Origin: Octopus bimaculoides
Taxonomy: Eukaryota
Length of the DNA: 64,000 bases
Direction of reading: 5' to 3'
NCBI RefSeq assembly: GCF_001194135.2
Contig: NC_068981.1
Coordinates: 142,786,928-142,850,927 of the forward strand
Part shown: positions 13,728 to 25,109 of the stretch, piece by piece
How the letters are laid out: each line of letters begins with the position of its first letter
Position numbering within the stretch: the first letter of the stretch is position 1
The notes under the pieces: generated by a model
What the model was told of the DNA's origin: nothing
What the model saw: the letters and a program-made list of their open reading frames with translations, nothing else
The model's database searches: none
Position numbers and translations under genes: made by a program

Positions 13728-13799
13728 TGAAACTTAATTTAATTTTCATTTTGATAAATTAAATTAAATTGAGTTTTTATCTCTAAATTTGAATTTTGA

Positions 13800-14443
13800 T
13801 TTTCTCCGTAATTGGATTTTGATGGTCTCCGTAATTGGATTTTGATGGTCTCCGTAATCGTATCCTCTGCGAACTGCTTCCCGCTGATCCACAAGAGAAA
13901 CAACTTTTCCATTGCTTTGTGGACAGATGCTCGTTGCTTGGAGAGCCTGCAGACATTCTTTGCTGTTGTAACGGCCTAAATCTTGTCCTTTTTCTTCAGG
14001 ATAGGGCAGATCGTCGACATGCACCGGTCGTACTGACGTGGTATGTCCACTACACACATTCCTCTCCCATTTTTATCGATAATTTCCTTCTTCAATTCTA
14101 TGGTAATCAGCTTTTCTTCTTCTCAACGCACACCTTTGCACTAGACTTCTGAGGACCCATGGCTAACACAACTAATTATTATATAATAATAGCAAAAAAC
14201 GCACAAAACACTCGGGAAATGCTATAGGGATGCTGCCATAATGAGATGAGAATATGAATTGAGCGTGTTGAGGCTGCGCTTGTTAGGAGAGCATGTCCGA
14301 GTTCAACGCCTCCTAGCGGTCACTTGTATAAAACTCGTTCGGACTGCGGATTTACACGCGTATTTCAAGACAAAATCTCACACGAGCTTCGGCTCGTACA
14401 GCACATGGTTTGTACAATGGTGCACCCGTACTACAAACTCCTA

Positions 14444-14446
<3 letters not shown>
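13800..14446 (-). mobile_element. Tigger/pogo DNA transposon 5' portion (left end plus CENP-B-type HTH)
   Basis: Minus translation KLITIELKKEIIDKNGRGMCVVDIPRQYDRCMSTICPILKKKDKI...RLSKQRASVHKAMEKLFLLWISGKQFAEDTITE; terminus CAGTAGG at 14446 abutting (TA)n; ends in a 23-bp tandem repeat at 13804-13858. Confidence 0.85.
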
Positions 14447-14485
<39 letters not shown>

Positions 14486-16032
14486 GCATACGGGTGTGTA
14501 TGATGGTGTATAGCAATTCCAACTTTGATTTTCACGTTTTTTTATAATCTTATTATAATATAATGTAATATAATATAGTATAATAATAGAATATTAAATT
14601 TCATTCTGACTGAACTAGTACTTTCATGCATCAAAATATGCGATCTTCAGGTTAATATAATAGTTATGTTCTATAAATTACAACTGTTGTGAGTTCTAAA
14701 TTGTACTATGCATTGACTAAAGAAAATAGTTACATATTGTGGTATATAATCCCTTGACAGAATATAAGAGCTTTGGTTTCATGTCCCATGCGTACGAAAG
14801 ATCTACTTTTTTCCATTAAGGGCGTATATGCCCCAATATTAAACTATTTTCTTTAGTCAATACATGGTCATCGCTTACAAGCTTTCAGCTCATAAAAAAT
14901 CATTATTTACAGAATTCTCACCTGTCACCGTTTCTCAATTCATCCCAGAAAACACAGATGCTTGTCTGGGAAAGATATTTCATATTGCATGCCGCAGATA
15001 CGAAAAATGAGAGATATTGTTATAAGTTTGCTTGACAGTGACAAACTATATCGCATGTGAAAATGAAAAGAATATTTGTCTTTCATCAATAAGTAACAAG
15101 TATCTGCAATTGTTTCAGTAGAAATTGTGGCATAAGACACAGAAGGGGCACACATTAAAACGTTCACTTGTGCACAAAAGTGAAATGTTAGTTGTAAATA
15201 TAGAACTGAAATAGAGACGTGGGTCACTACAGTTACATGAGATAAATTGCGAACGTATATAAAGGTTAAGAAAAACAGATGGCAATTATTACTTTTTTCT
15301 CTAGCAATGATAGATTTAAGGTATGAGAAAATGGTAAAATGTAATAGGAAAAAAACAGAAAAAAATCATTGTTTAAAACCAACAGAAATTGTGTCGTATT
15401 TGGAAAGCATGGAGATGGTGTTTAACTGTGAAATGCCAACTATTAAGCTACTAGTAACAAGATACAGGCTTTTAGTATTTCCTTGACAAAAAAGGCGTGT
15501 TATTGCCAATTATGTTTGGGTGACCTTTATTTTAATTATGTTTTATAACAATAGATATTCCTTTAAAACACTATGTCTATAAATCAATATCATGCCATTA
15601 CACTTTGACTCTTTAGCTAGCAAATCTTATTCTAGATCTACCTATATATCAACTTTTCCTTATAACTCTAAAGTTATGCATATACACACAAATACATACA
15701 TTCATTTATATAATGCTCGCGCGTGCTTGCGTGCGTGTGTGTGTGTGGTTGTGTGAGTGTGTGTGAGTGTATGTGTGCGTGTGTATGTACCCATATTGAA
15801 GGAGTGAAACGGGTAAAATCCAGCTGCCGCGTCCCATGATGTAATAATTGCTTACCTACCTGATCCGATGATGTAATAATTGCTCGACGGGGGTACTGAG
15901 CTCAGATATTCATGAGACGGAGGATACCTAAATTACATGAAGTTAAGTTGGCAAAGATACAAGTGGAAAATGAGTTGTGAAACCCGAAAAACAGAATAAA
16001 AAAGACTGATTATTTATATTACTTGTTTTTGA

Positions 16033-16124
16033 GAGATATTTGTCCTCATCTTGTTTCTTGTTAACACAACAGCCTTCATCGGGTGTCTTGGGGAAATTTC
16101 GAACCTGGGTTCTCATTCCTAAGG
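16033..16124 (-). ncRNA. Hammerhead-ribozyme-like module, copy 1 (internally deleted)
   Basis: Minus strand gacac CCGATGA aggctg, then deletion to ttgtgtt; flanks identical in type to the other copies. Confidence 0.45.
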
Positions 16125-16136
16125 TGTTTTTTTATG

Positions 16137-16187
<51 letters not shown>

Positions 16188-17150
16188 CTTGGAATCTTGG
16201 GATTAATAACCCGCGCTCTAAACCACTAAGTCATATGCCCGTGGGAAATTATGGGGTGAATTTTTATGGCTCATTAATCGAATATTTTCATATCCTTCCT
16301 TCATATCGGTTCCCATATGCTTCTCATATCTGCACTCGGTCTGCTTAGGAGGTTGTTGTGTCCTAACATATGTGCTACTTCATTTAACTTTCGTATTTTC
16401 CGGTGGTGTTGTCTATCTATTATTTTAGATTCATCCCAAAGGGGAAGGTCGTCTCCATTTTTCCATACATGATCAGCTATACCCGATTTATCAATATCTC
16501 CTAGTGTCACAGATTTGCGATGCTCGTCCACCCTTATTTTGAGGAGGCGACATGATCGCCTTTGTATAAGCTACTACAGCTGCATGGGATGGAGTATACG
16601 CAGTCTTTGGTCTTATTCTTTTCCAATGGTGATTTTACTCGAAGGAGATATTTGCAAAGTTGTATTACTCTTGAATACTGTCCTGATGTCATATGAACTG
16701 CATATCATTTGATTCTTTTCGGAGAGGTCTTTCACATAGAGTAGACAGACTATGGACATTTTATTGGTTTCATCCACTCTTTTCTTCATAATTGGAGTAG
16801 ATAGTATGTTTTGGGGTTAGTTGTTACTTAATAGATTGTTACTTAGCTGGATCATTTCTTTGTGGTGGGTATAATGATCGCTACCGATAGTCTTTGCTCG
16901 ATGTTTTAAGCACTGAGCAATCCCTCTCTTTACACTGTATGGATGGGTAGGAATTAAAGTTGAGATATCGACCAGTGAAGGTCGGCTTGCGGTGTACGAA
17001 TGTCATGGATCCATACTCGGTGTGTGTTATTAATACGTCCAGGTATGCTAGCTGATTGTCTATTTCCTTTTCTATTGCGAACTGTATAGATGGCTTTATT
17101 GAGTTCACATGATCTAACAGTACTTGGATATCTTCCTGGTGGGGCCAGAA
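16033..17150 (-). mobile_element. Penelope-like element 3' part: RT C-terminus, thumb, GIY-YIG endonuclease and terminal module
   Basis: WPHQEDIQVLLDHVNSIKPSIQFAIEKEIDNQLAYLDVLI...VHRKPTFTGRYLNFNS; SIPCSCSSLYKG...KIRVDEHRKSV...KSGIADHVW; stops and frameshifts. Confidence 0.93.
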
Positions 17151-17730
17151 GTGATGAAGCTAAGTAACAATCTATTAAATAACAGCTAACTTAAAAACAT
17201 ACTATCCACTCCAATTATGAAGAAAAGAGAGGATGAAACCAATAAACAGTCCATTGTCTGTCTACCCTATGTGAAATACAAAAGATATTCAAAAGATATG
17301 CGACCCATATGACATCAGGAGAGTATTCAAGAGTAATACAGCACTTCGCAATTATCTCCTTCGAGTAAAACCACCAATGGAAGAGAATATGAAAAAAGAA
17401 GGTGTGTGCTCCATCCCATGCAGCTGTAGTAGGTTATACAAAGGCGGAACTTGCCGCCCCATCAAAATAAGGGTAGACGAACATCGCAAAGCTGTGACAC
17501 GAAGAGATGTTGATAAATCGGGTATAGCTGATCATGTATGGAAAAATGGAGACAACCTACCCTTGTGGGATGACGTTCAAATAATAGATAGAAATCACTA
17601 CTAGAAAATACAAAAACTAAAAAACAGCACATATGTTATGACACAACAATTTCCTAAGCAGACTGAGTGCAGATATGTGTAACATATACAAACTAGTATT
17701 AGGGAAGGATATGATAATATTACATTTATA

Positions 17731-17791
17731 ATTGCCCACGGGCTTATGGCGTAGTGGTTAAGAGCACGGGATACTAACCCCAACATTCCGA
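17731..17791 (+). promoter_or_regulatory. tRNA-like head (Pol III A-box, B-box absent) downstream of the PLE endonuclease stop
   Basis: TGGCGTAGTGG A-box at 17747-17757 followed by ttaagagcacggg.tactaacccc; mirrored at ~16190-16245 on the minus strand. Confidence 0.55.
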
Positions 17792-17793
17792 AC

Positions 17794-17846
<53 letters not shown>

Positions 17847-17851
17847 TAATA

Positions 17852-17948
17852 TTCGAAATTTCCTTACGAGGAAGGCTGGGGATATATCAGCCGAAACGTT
17901 GTGTTAACAAAATACAAGATGAGGGCAAATATCCGTCAAATGTAAATA
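17852..17948 (+). ncRNA. Hammerhead-ribozyme-like module, copy 2 (3' half intact)
   Basis: aggctg-gggatatat-cagcc GAAACGTT gtgtt at 17873-17905; the CTGATGA core is decayed. Confidence 0.55.
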
Positions 17949-17949
17949 G

Positions 17950-18170
17950 CAAGTAGATCTGAGTAAAAGCATGTTCGGTCTCCCATGCTGTTTATGGCTT
18001 TCTGATGTTTGGAATTATCTGCAAAGATTTTGAATGTAGAATGTTTGATGACATATACTATATCGTTAATGTAAATAATGAAGGGGATTGGGCCAAACGC
18101 AGTACCTTGTGGGACAGCAATACTGACATTAACTGAGCTGGATCTTATTCCCTCAAACACAACGTGTTCG
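17950..18170 (-). mobile_element. CR1/L2-like LINE reverse transcriptase fragment
   Basis: ORF 17936..18160: AVPQGTAFGPIPFIIYINDI...FKIFADNSK (VPQG and FADD motifs). Confidence 0.85.
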
Positions 18171-18177
18171 GTTCAAT

Positions 18178-18310
18178 CATTTACATTATTTATATTTGAA
18201 GGATATTTGTCGTCATCTTGTTTGTTGTTAACACAATGCTTCGGCTGATTAACCTCCAGCCTTCATCAGGGGTCTTGGGGAAATTTCGAGGCTGGGTTCT
18301 CATTCCTAAG
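18178..18310 (-). ncRNA. Hammerhead-ribozyme-like module, copy 3
   Basis: Minus strand gaccc CTGATGA a ggctg gaggttaat cagcc GAAGCATT gtgtt; CTGATGA at 18263-18269. Confidence 0.6.
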
Positions 18311-18339
18311 AATAATGTTTATTATTATTATTATGATTG

Positions 18340-18648
18340 TTCAGTAGTTTTATTTTTATAACGTGCTTTCACTTCACTACTGAGTGCAGCTCTGTGCGCC
18401 TTGGGTATGTGCTGTGGTGCTCCTATGGTTACTGTATTGAAAGTGTTTTGCGTAGGATGTGTGCAGTGCCCAGTAGTGCAATTTTCTGTATGTTATATAT
18501 ATTTGTAAGTTCTGGTGTTTTTGTTATGTATTTGTCTGAATATGTTTTTATTATACCTAAGGCACCTACTATAATAGGAATTGTTTCAGTTTTTAGATTC
18601 CACATTCGAGTTACCTCTATTTCCAGGTCTTTGTATTTTGAAAGTTTT
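18340..18648 (-). mobile_element. R4/Dong-type RLE non-LTR element 3' end (family Y-like), cut by a gap
   Basis: KLSKYKDLEIEVTRMWNLKTETIPIIVGALGII...IQKIALLGTAHILRKTLSIQ*, then 3' UTR and (AAT)n tail. Confidence 0.9.
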
Positions 18649-20420
18649 NNNNNNNNNNNNNNNNNNNNNNNNNNNNNNNNNNNNNNNNNNNNNNNNNNNN
18701 NNNNNNNNNNNNNNNNNNNNNNNNNNNNNNNNNNNNNNNNNNNNNNNNNNNNNNNNNNNNNNNNNNNNNNNNNNNNNNNNNNNNNNNNNNNNNNNNNNNN
18801 NNNNNNNNNNNNNNNNNNNNNNNNNNNNNNNNNNNNNNNNNNNNNNNNNNNNNNNNNNNNNNNNNNNNNNNNNNNNNNNNNNNNNNNNNNNNNNNNNNNN
18901 NNNNNNNNNNNNNNNNNNNNNNNNNNNNNNNNNNNNNNNNNNNNNNNNNNNNNNNNNNNNNNNNNNNNNNNNNNNNNNNNNNNNNNNNNNNNNNNNNNNN
19001 NNNNNNNNNNNNNNNNNNNNNNNNNNNNNNNNNNNNNNNNNNNNNNNNNNNNNNNNNNNNNNNNNNNNNNNNNNNNNNNNNNNNNNNNNNNNNNNNNNNN
19101 NNNNNNNNNNNNNNNNNNNNNNNNNNNNNNNNNNNNNNNNNNNNNNNNNNNNNNNNNNNNNNNNNNNNNNNNNNNNNNNNNNNNNNNNNNNNNNNNNNNN
19201 NNNNNNNNNNNNNNNNNNNNNNNNNNNNNNNNNNNNNNNNNNNNNNNNNNNNNNNNNNNNNNNNNNNNNNNNNNNNNNNNNNNNNNNNNNNNNNNNNNNN
19301 NNNNNNNNNNNNNNNNNNNNNNNNNNNNNNNNNNNNNNNNNNNNNNNNNNNNNNNNNNNNNNNNNNNNNNNNNNNNNNNNNNNNNNNNNNNNNNNNNNNN
19401 NNNNNNNNNNNNNNNNNNNNNNNNNNNNNNNNNNNNNNNTATATATATATATATATTACGCACTCACGCTGTCGAGCAGATCATCACATGTTCTCACACA
19501 TCGCTAGTCACAAAACTCTCTGCATAGTATAACCCTTCGAATGCAGGCATCACTGTCTGGGAATTGAACAGACTATCCACAATACCATGCGCCTTCATTT
19601 TCACACACGCACACACGCACGCACACACACACAAAACCACACGCATACATACGTATATATTCCCATAGACGCACGCGCAAGAAAACGCATACAGCTTTGA
19701 CTTTGCAAGACGCGGGATGTCATATTGGTCATAAAGTGTTTGGTTATCACGTTATTGTAAATTCAGAGCATTATTAGACTAATAATAACACATGCACTTT
19801 TCATTTTTCTCTCCATTTGTAAAGAAAAAAATAATCAGGCAGTTATGTAACTAATTAATTATCAAACCAATTTGACTAATCAATCATTTGACTACACTAA
19901 TCAATATATTTGTGGTAAAAGTGCTGTAGATGAGGACGCGTCAGTGGGAAGTTATGAAGCATCAGAGAAATAATTCTGTCAAACTGATTGATTCATTACT
20001 CGAATGATTGAACAAATAATTAATGAAATAATTAGTTAATTAGTCGTGTGTTTATAGTTGACGAGGATGAAATATAAGCATTATATGAGTGGAAGATGAA
20101 TGCTCACACGAGTACTATATATATATATATATATATCCTATTTATCAATATATATATANNNNNNNNNNNNNNNNNNNNNNNNNNNNNNNNNNNNNNNNNN
20201 NNNNNNNNNNNNNNNNNNNNNNNNNNNNNNNNNNNNNNNNNNNNNNNNNNNNNNNNNNNNNNNNNNNNNNNNNNNNNNNNNNNNNNNNNNNNNNNNNNNN
20301 NNNNNNNNNNNNNNNNNNNNNNNNNNNNNNNNNNNNNNNNNNNNNNNNNNNNNNNNNNNNNNNNNNNNNNCCATATATAAATATATATATATATATATAC
20401 AGAGAGAGAGAGAGAGGGAT

Positions 20421-20459
<39 letters not shown>

Positions 20460-20589
20460 GAGAGATGCAAGTATGTGTGTATTTCTACATCTATAAATTT
20501 ACATATAAACATATATGACAAGCCATTTTGGCCTCTCGTAACTTACTGTCGAAGAGCTTAGGGTCCAAACTTCGACGTAGACAAAGAAA

Positions 20590-21400
20590 AAAGATGTTTG
20601 TGGATGAATAAAAGTGATTTTAAACCAGAAACGGAAGCTCTAATATGTGCTGCCCGAGAGCAAGCGCTAAGAACAAACTACATCAAATGTAGAGTAGACA
20701 ACACATCAGGAAGTGATAAGTTCAGAATCTGTGGACAAAACGGTGAAATCGTGTGGCATATTACCAGTCGATGTACGCCACAAGCCTAGAAAGAATATAA
20801 GCGACGCCACGACAATATACCCAGGGTTGTCCATTGGACACTTTGCAACAAGTATGGACGTGACAGAGCCAAAAAATTGTACGACCACAAAACTGAAGGC
20901 ATTGTCGAAAATAGAAATGGAAAGATCCTATGGGACTTTATGATTCAGTGCGACCATGAGATAGGGTATATGAAGCCGGACATAGTCTTAATTGAGAAAG
21001 AAAACAAACTATGTTGGATCGTAGACATAACATGCCCAGCTGACAACCAGGTATGCGATAAGGAAGAAACAAGAATCGAAAGATATGACATGTTAGTTTG
21101 GGAATTTAAGCAGTTGTGGTAGATGAAAAAGGTAGCAGTAGTACCAATAATTGTCGAAGCTTTGGGAACAGTGAGCAAAATCTCGAGAAGTACGTGGAAC
21201 AAATAGGAGCTGCAATAAGGGTGGAGCACTTGCACTTGCAGAAAACAGCACTGCTTGGAACCTCTCGAATACTCCGGAAGGTGCTCGAAAAATAAGAGGT
21301 GCTACCTTAGTTCACTAGTAGTGAACAGCTGACACTGTAGTACATTTCTAGCGTTAGAAGCTGTGGAAAAGCAACACCACCACCACAAACAACAACACCA
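20590..21400 (+). mobile_element. R4/Dong-type RLE element 3' end (family X): CCHC knuckle plus restriction-like endonuclease
   Basis: ETEALICAAREQALRTNY...RICGQNGEIVWHITSRC...YKRRHDN...ILWDFMIQCDHEIGYMKPDIVLIEK...DITCPAD...VPIIVEALG...QKTALLGTSRILRKVL; (CAA/CAC)n tail. Confidence 0.93.
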
Positions 21401-21404
21401 CCAC

Positions 21405-22085
21405 CAACAACAACAGATAAAAACTGGTGGGAACTCAAACCACCCCCAGTACTTGAAAATGATAACATCGCACTCCTCTGGAACTTCACCATTCAAACTG
21501 ACAGAAAGATAGATGCAAATAGGCCAGACATCATACTGAAAGACTTCAGACAAAAATCATGCCTCCTCATTGAAAAGACCGTCCCAATCGATATAAACGT
21601 ATCTGTCAAGACCTACCAAAAACTGAGCAAATATAAAGATCTTGAAATAGAAATTACCAAAATGTGGAACCTGAAGACTAAAACAATACCTATTGTCATA
21701 GGTGACCTGTGAATGACAGCGAAACGGGCTGATTACTACCTAGCTCAGTTACCAGGAAACCCCAAAATGGCTGAAGTTCAAAAGATAGTGCTCATGGAAA
21801 CTGCCCATATCCAACGTAAAATACTGTCTACGTGATCTCAAATTTTAAAACAAACACATAATTTTCTTATGGTTTCTTAAACATTCCCTAGAACAACACT
21901 ATGTACAAATCCAAATATGTGGTACCCCAGGCATAACACCTACATGAACTTCTAACTTGTTGTCTCTTGAGGTCTCTGGGTGAGACTTGGATCCAACTTG
22001 TACAAATGCAAAACAAAATTCAAACAGAAAACAATAATAATAATAATAATAATGATAATAATAATAATAGTCATAATAATAATAA
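21405..22085 (+). mobile_element. R4/Dong-type RLE element 3' end (family Y)
   Basis: ENDNIALLWNFTIQTDRKIDANRPDIILKD...VPIDINVSVKTYQKLSKYKDLEIEITKMWNLKTKTIPIVIG...QKIVLMETAHIQRKILST*; 3' UTR and (AAT)n tail. Confidence 0.93.
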
Positions 22086-22087
22086 TA

Positions 22088-22226
22088 CCTTAGGAATGAG
22101 AACCCAGGTTCGAAATTTCCCCAGGAGACCTGATAAAGCCAGGAGTGTATAACAGCCGAAAGGTTGTGGTAACAACAAACAAGATGAGGACATATATTCC
22201 TCAAATGTAAATAATGTAAATAATGT
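22088..22226 (+). ncRNA. Hammerhead-ribozyme-like module, copy 4 (decayed)
   Basis: gagac CTGATAA agccagg...cagcc GAAAGGTT gtggt within the same ccttaggaatgagaacccaggttcgaaatttcccc...caaatgtaaataatgt module. Confidence 0.5.
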
Positions 22227-23699
22227 TAATGATAGTTGTTGTGATTGCTTCTGTCGAGAGAGAGAGATGAAACATGCAAATATGCCCAGTTAGAACTATT
22301 GTAATACGGTATCCATTAGGAAAATCCATGGTCAATGAGAATGGTTAAATTCCATTGTGAGGGGAAAATGGATGTTAGCAATTCCAAGGATGGACAAATA
22401 TTAAGAGGAAGAAGTACACTTCCTGGAAAATACTGAGAAGAGAACGATTGATAGGAGTTATGCATTAGATGCATAGTAATCAGTACAGCGAGGGATATTC
22501 AGGCACAGAGAGGTTAATGAGTGTAAAGACAGATAAACAAATGGTCATCATCATCGCCCTCATTGTCAACATAATCGTCATTGTTCTCTCAGCTCCTTTT
22601 TCCGGTTTTGAATTTCAAGATATCAAGCTGCACACCATAATTTCAGCCCTGCTTGTCATTCTTACGGTTCCTGCCCCTACCGAGATACAATCATTCTCTC
22701 TCTCTCTCTCTGTAAGGTTAACTATGTATTTCGTCTCGAGATTCAATCATATGTTATATAACAAATATGCATTTAGTGGATCCCAGCGTCCATTTATTTC
22801 GTTATTATTGTAACTAAGTCGTACGCAACGTTTATTTTTGCTAATAGCAATTCACTCCAAGGATTAGTTCAGAATTTACTGATAGCCTACATCCATACAT
22901 TCTCGAGATTGATTATGCTTGACTTCAAATATATCTACCCAAATAAATATTGAATAATAACTTCTATCCTTTCAGGACGATGAAATTTAAATCCTAATCT
23001 ATATTTTGAAGTAACTAGATAACAATAACGTGAAATCATGTTATAAATACTTACAGCTTAATGACATTAAACGTCAGATTACAACTCCTATGAATAATTT
23101 TCATCAAAGAGCAGATGATCCCAACTCGTACAACTTCAACTGTAATACGATATACAAAATCCTATTTCTTCCGGGAAGATACACAGAAATAATTTTCGAA
23201 AATAGAGAGGAAATGATAAATTATTACCACCGCACATCTGCAAGAATAATTATTGTTGTACGTCATTTTCTTTTAAAAATCGTTTACTTGATTCAGTTAC
23301 TGAAATACGGCCATGTAGGGTCACGGTTTTGAAAGATAGTAGTCGAGGAAATAGATGCGAGTAGTATTTTTAACAAAGACCGGTAAGTAATCTTTGGATG
23401 CCATTTGTCGAAAGGCTATCTTACGGATAGCATGAGGATAAGCCTGTTATCAATGATGGTGCGAGGTGAACAAATACTATTTTATACACGCAGACACATA
23501 TATCTGCGCTCGTACGGCTCCCTGTTGCTTAATTTGATTTTATTCACTTTACTTTGAGTTGTACGGATAATACGACACTAACTTGGTGCTTCAACTTAAG
23601 TACCTAATTCAAACGAATCCCTCTCTCTCTCTCTCTTTCTCTCTCTCTCTATCTCTCTCTCTCTCTCACTCTCTCTCTTTATATATATATATACACACA

Positions 23700-23810
23700 T
23701 ACACAACGAGCTGCCTCAAAGTTTCCGTGTTGCAAGTCCACTCACAAGTTTAAGGTACGCAGTGAGACTGAACCAGGAGCTATGAGGCTGCGAATCAAAC
23801 TTCCTATCAC
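23700..23810 (-). mobile_element. tRNA-derived SINE (family A) fragment
   Basis: gcagtgagactgaaccagg and ccactcacaag shared with the other family A copies. Confidence 0.6.
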
Positions 23811-24325
23811 TCACCCACGTCTGCGCCGATATTTATAAAATATGTATAGAACGTGTTCAGTAGTTCATGGCTCGATTTCGATGCAGTAACGAATAAAGAA
23901 CGCGCGAAATCATTTACCAAANNNNNNNNNNNNNNNNNNNNNNNNNNNNNNNNNNNNNNNNNNNNNNNNNNNNNNNNNNNNNNNNNNNNNNNNNNNNNNN
24001 NNNNNNNNNNNNNNNNNNNNNNNNNNNNNNNNNNNNNNNNNNNNNNNNNNNNNNNNNNNNNNNNNNNNNNNNNNNNNNNNNNNNNNNNNNNNNNNNNNNN
24101 NNNNNNNNNNNNNNNNNNNNNNNNNNNNNNNNNNNNNNNNNNNNNNNNNNNNNNNNNNNNNNNNNNNNNNNNNNNNNNNNNNNNNNNNNNNNNNNNNNNN
24201 NNNNNNNNNNNNNNNNNNNNNNNNNNNNNNNNNNNNNNNNNNNNNNNNNNNNNNNNNNNNNNNNNNNNNNNNNNNNNNNNNNNNNNNNNNNNNNNNNNNN
24301 NNNNNNNNNNNNNNNNNNNNNNNNN

Positions 24326-24380
<55 letters not shown>

Positions 24381-25044
24381 ACTGTACCGATACATTTCTA
24401 TGTATATATGTACACTCATATACATACACAAGCATACGGGTTCATATATATATACGGGTGTGTGGTGGGAATTGATTGGTTAGGTGTGGATGTGCGGGTG
24501 TGTGAATCGCGTGCATGTGTATATATGTAATCAAACACAAGTCTTGTGCCCATAATACCAACAAGCAGGAACTGAAATTAGGATGAAAAAAATATACGAT
24601 AAAAATTTTCTACGAATAGATATTCAGCGAAGCATAGATTTTCATACACAAAAGACGTATAAATAAACTTGTAACACACAAGGAGGCAGACAAATAAACA
24701 CAGACATATTTAAAAGGGATTTAGTAGACTAAATATTCATAATCGCGATTTAAACTGTTTAGAATTCGACAAAAAATCTCACGGAGAAATCAATGTAAAT
24801 ATCATTTGTTTTATGATTTAATTGATTCAATTAATTCATAGAACAATAGTTTCCTTATAAAATTATTGTACGATAAATGTATATTCATATGTATGTGTGT
24901 GTGTGTAATATTATACACACATGCATACATACTAACATACTTATGTACGTACATAAATACACAGAAAAATATATATGTATGTATATATATATATTATATA
25001 CATATTATAATTATATATATGCGTATATATATATATATATATAT

Positions 25045-25109
<65 letters not shown>

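Larger units (their letters stand above)
17147..17948 (+). mobile_element. Inverted second copy of the same PLE 3' end (thumb, GIY-YIG, terminal module)
   Basis: ORF 17377..17604 GVCSIPCSCSRLYKGGTCRPIKIRVDEHRK...KSGIADHVWKNG; reverse-complement match to 16033-16859. Confidence 0.92.

Noticed and set aside
15858-15930. Minus-strand exon candidate (YPPSHEYLSSVPPSSNYYIIGSG) with a strong GTAAGC donor
   Set aside because: Isolated, overlaps a 17-bp direct repeat, no partner exons or homology.
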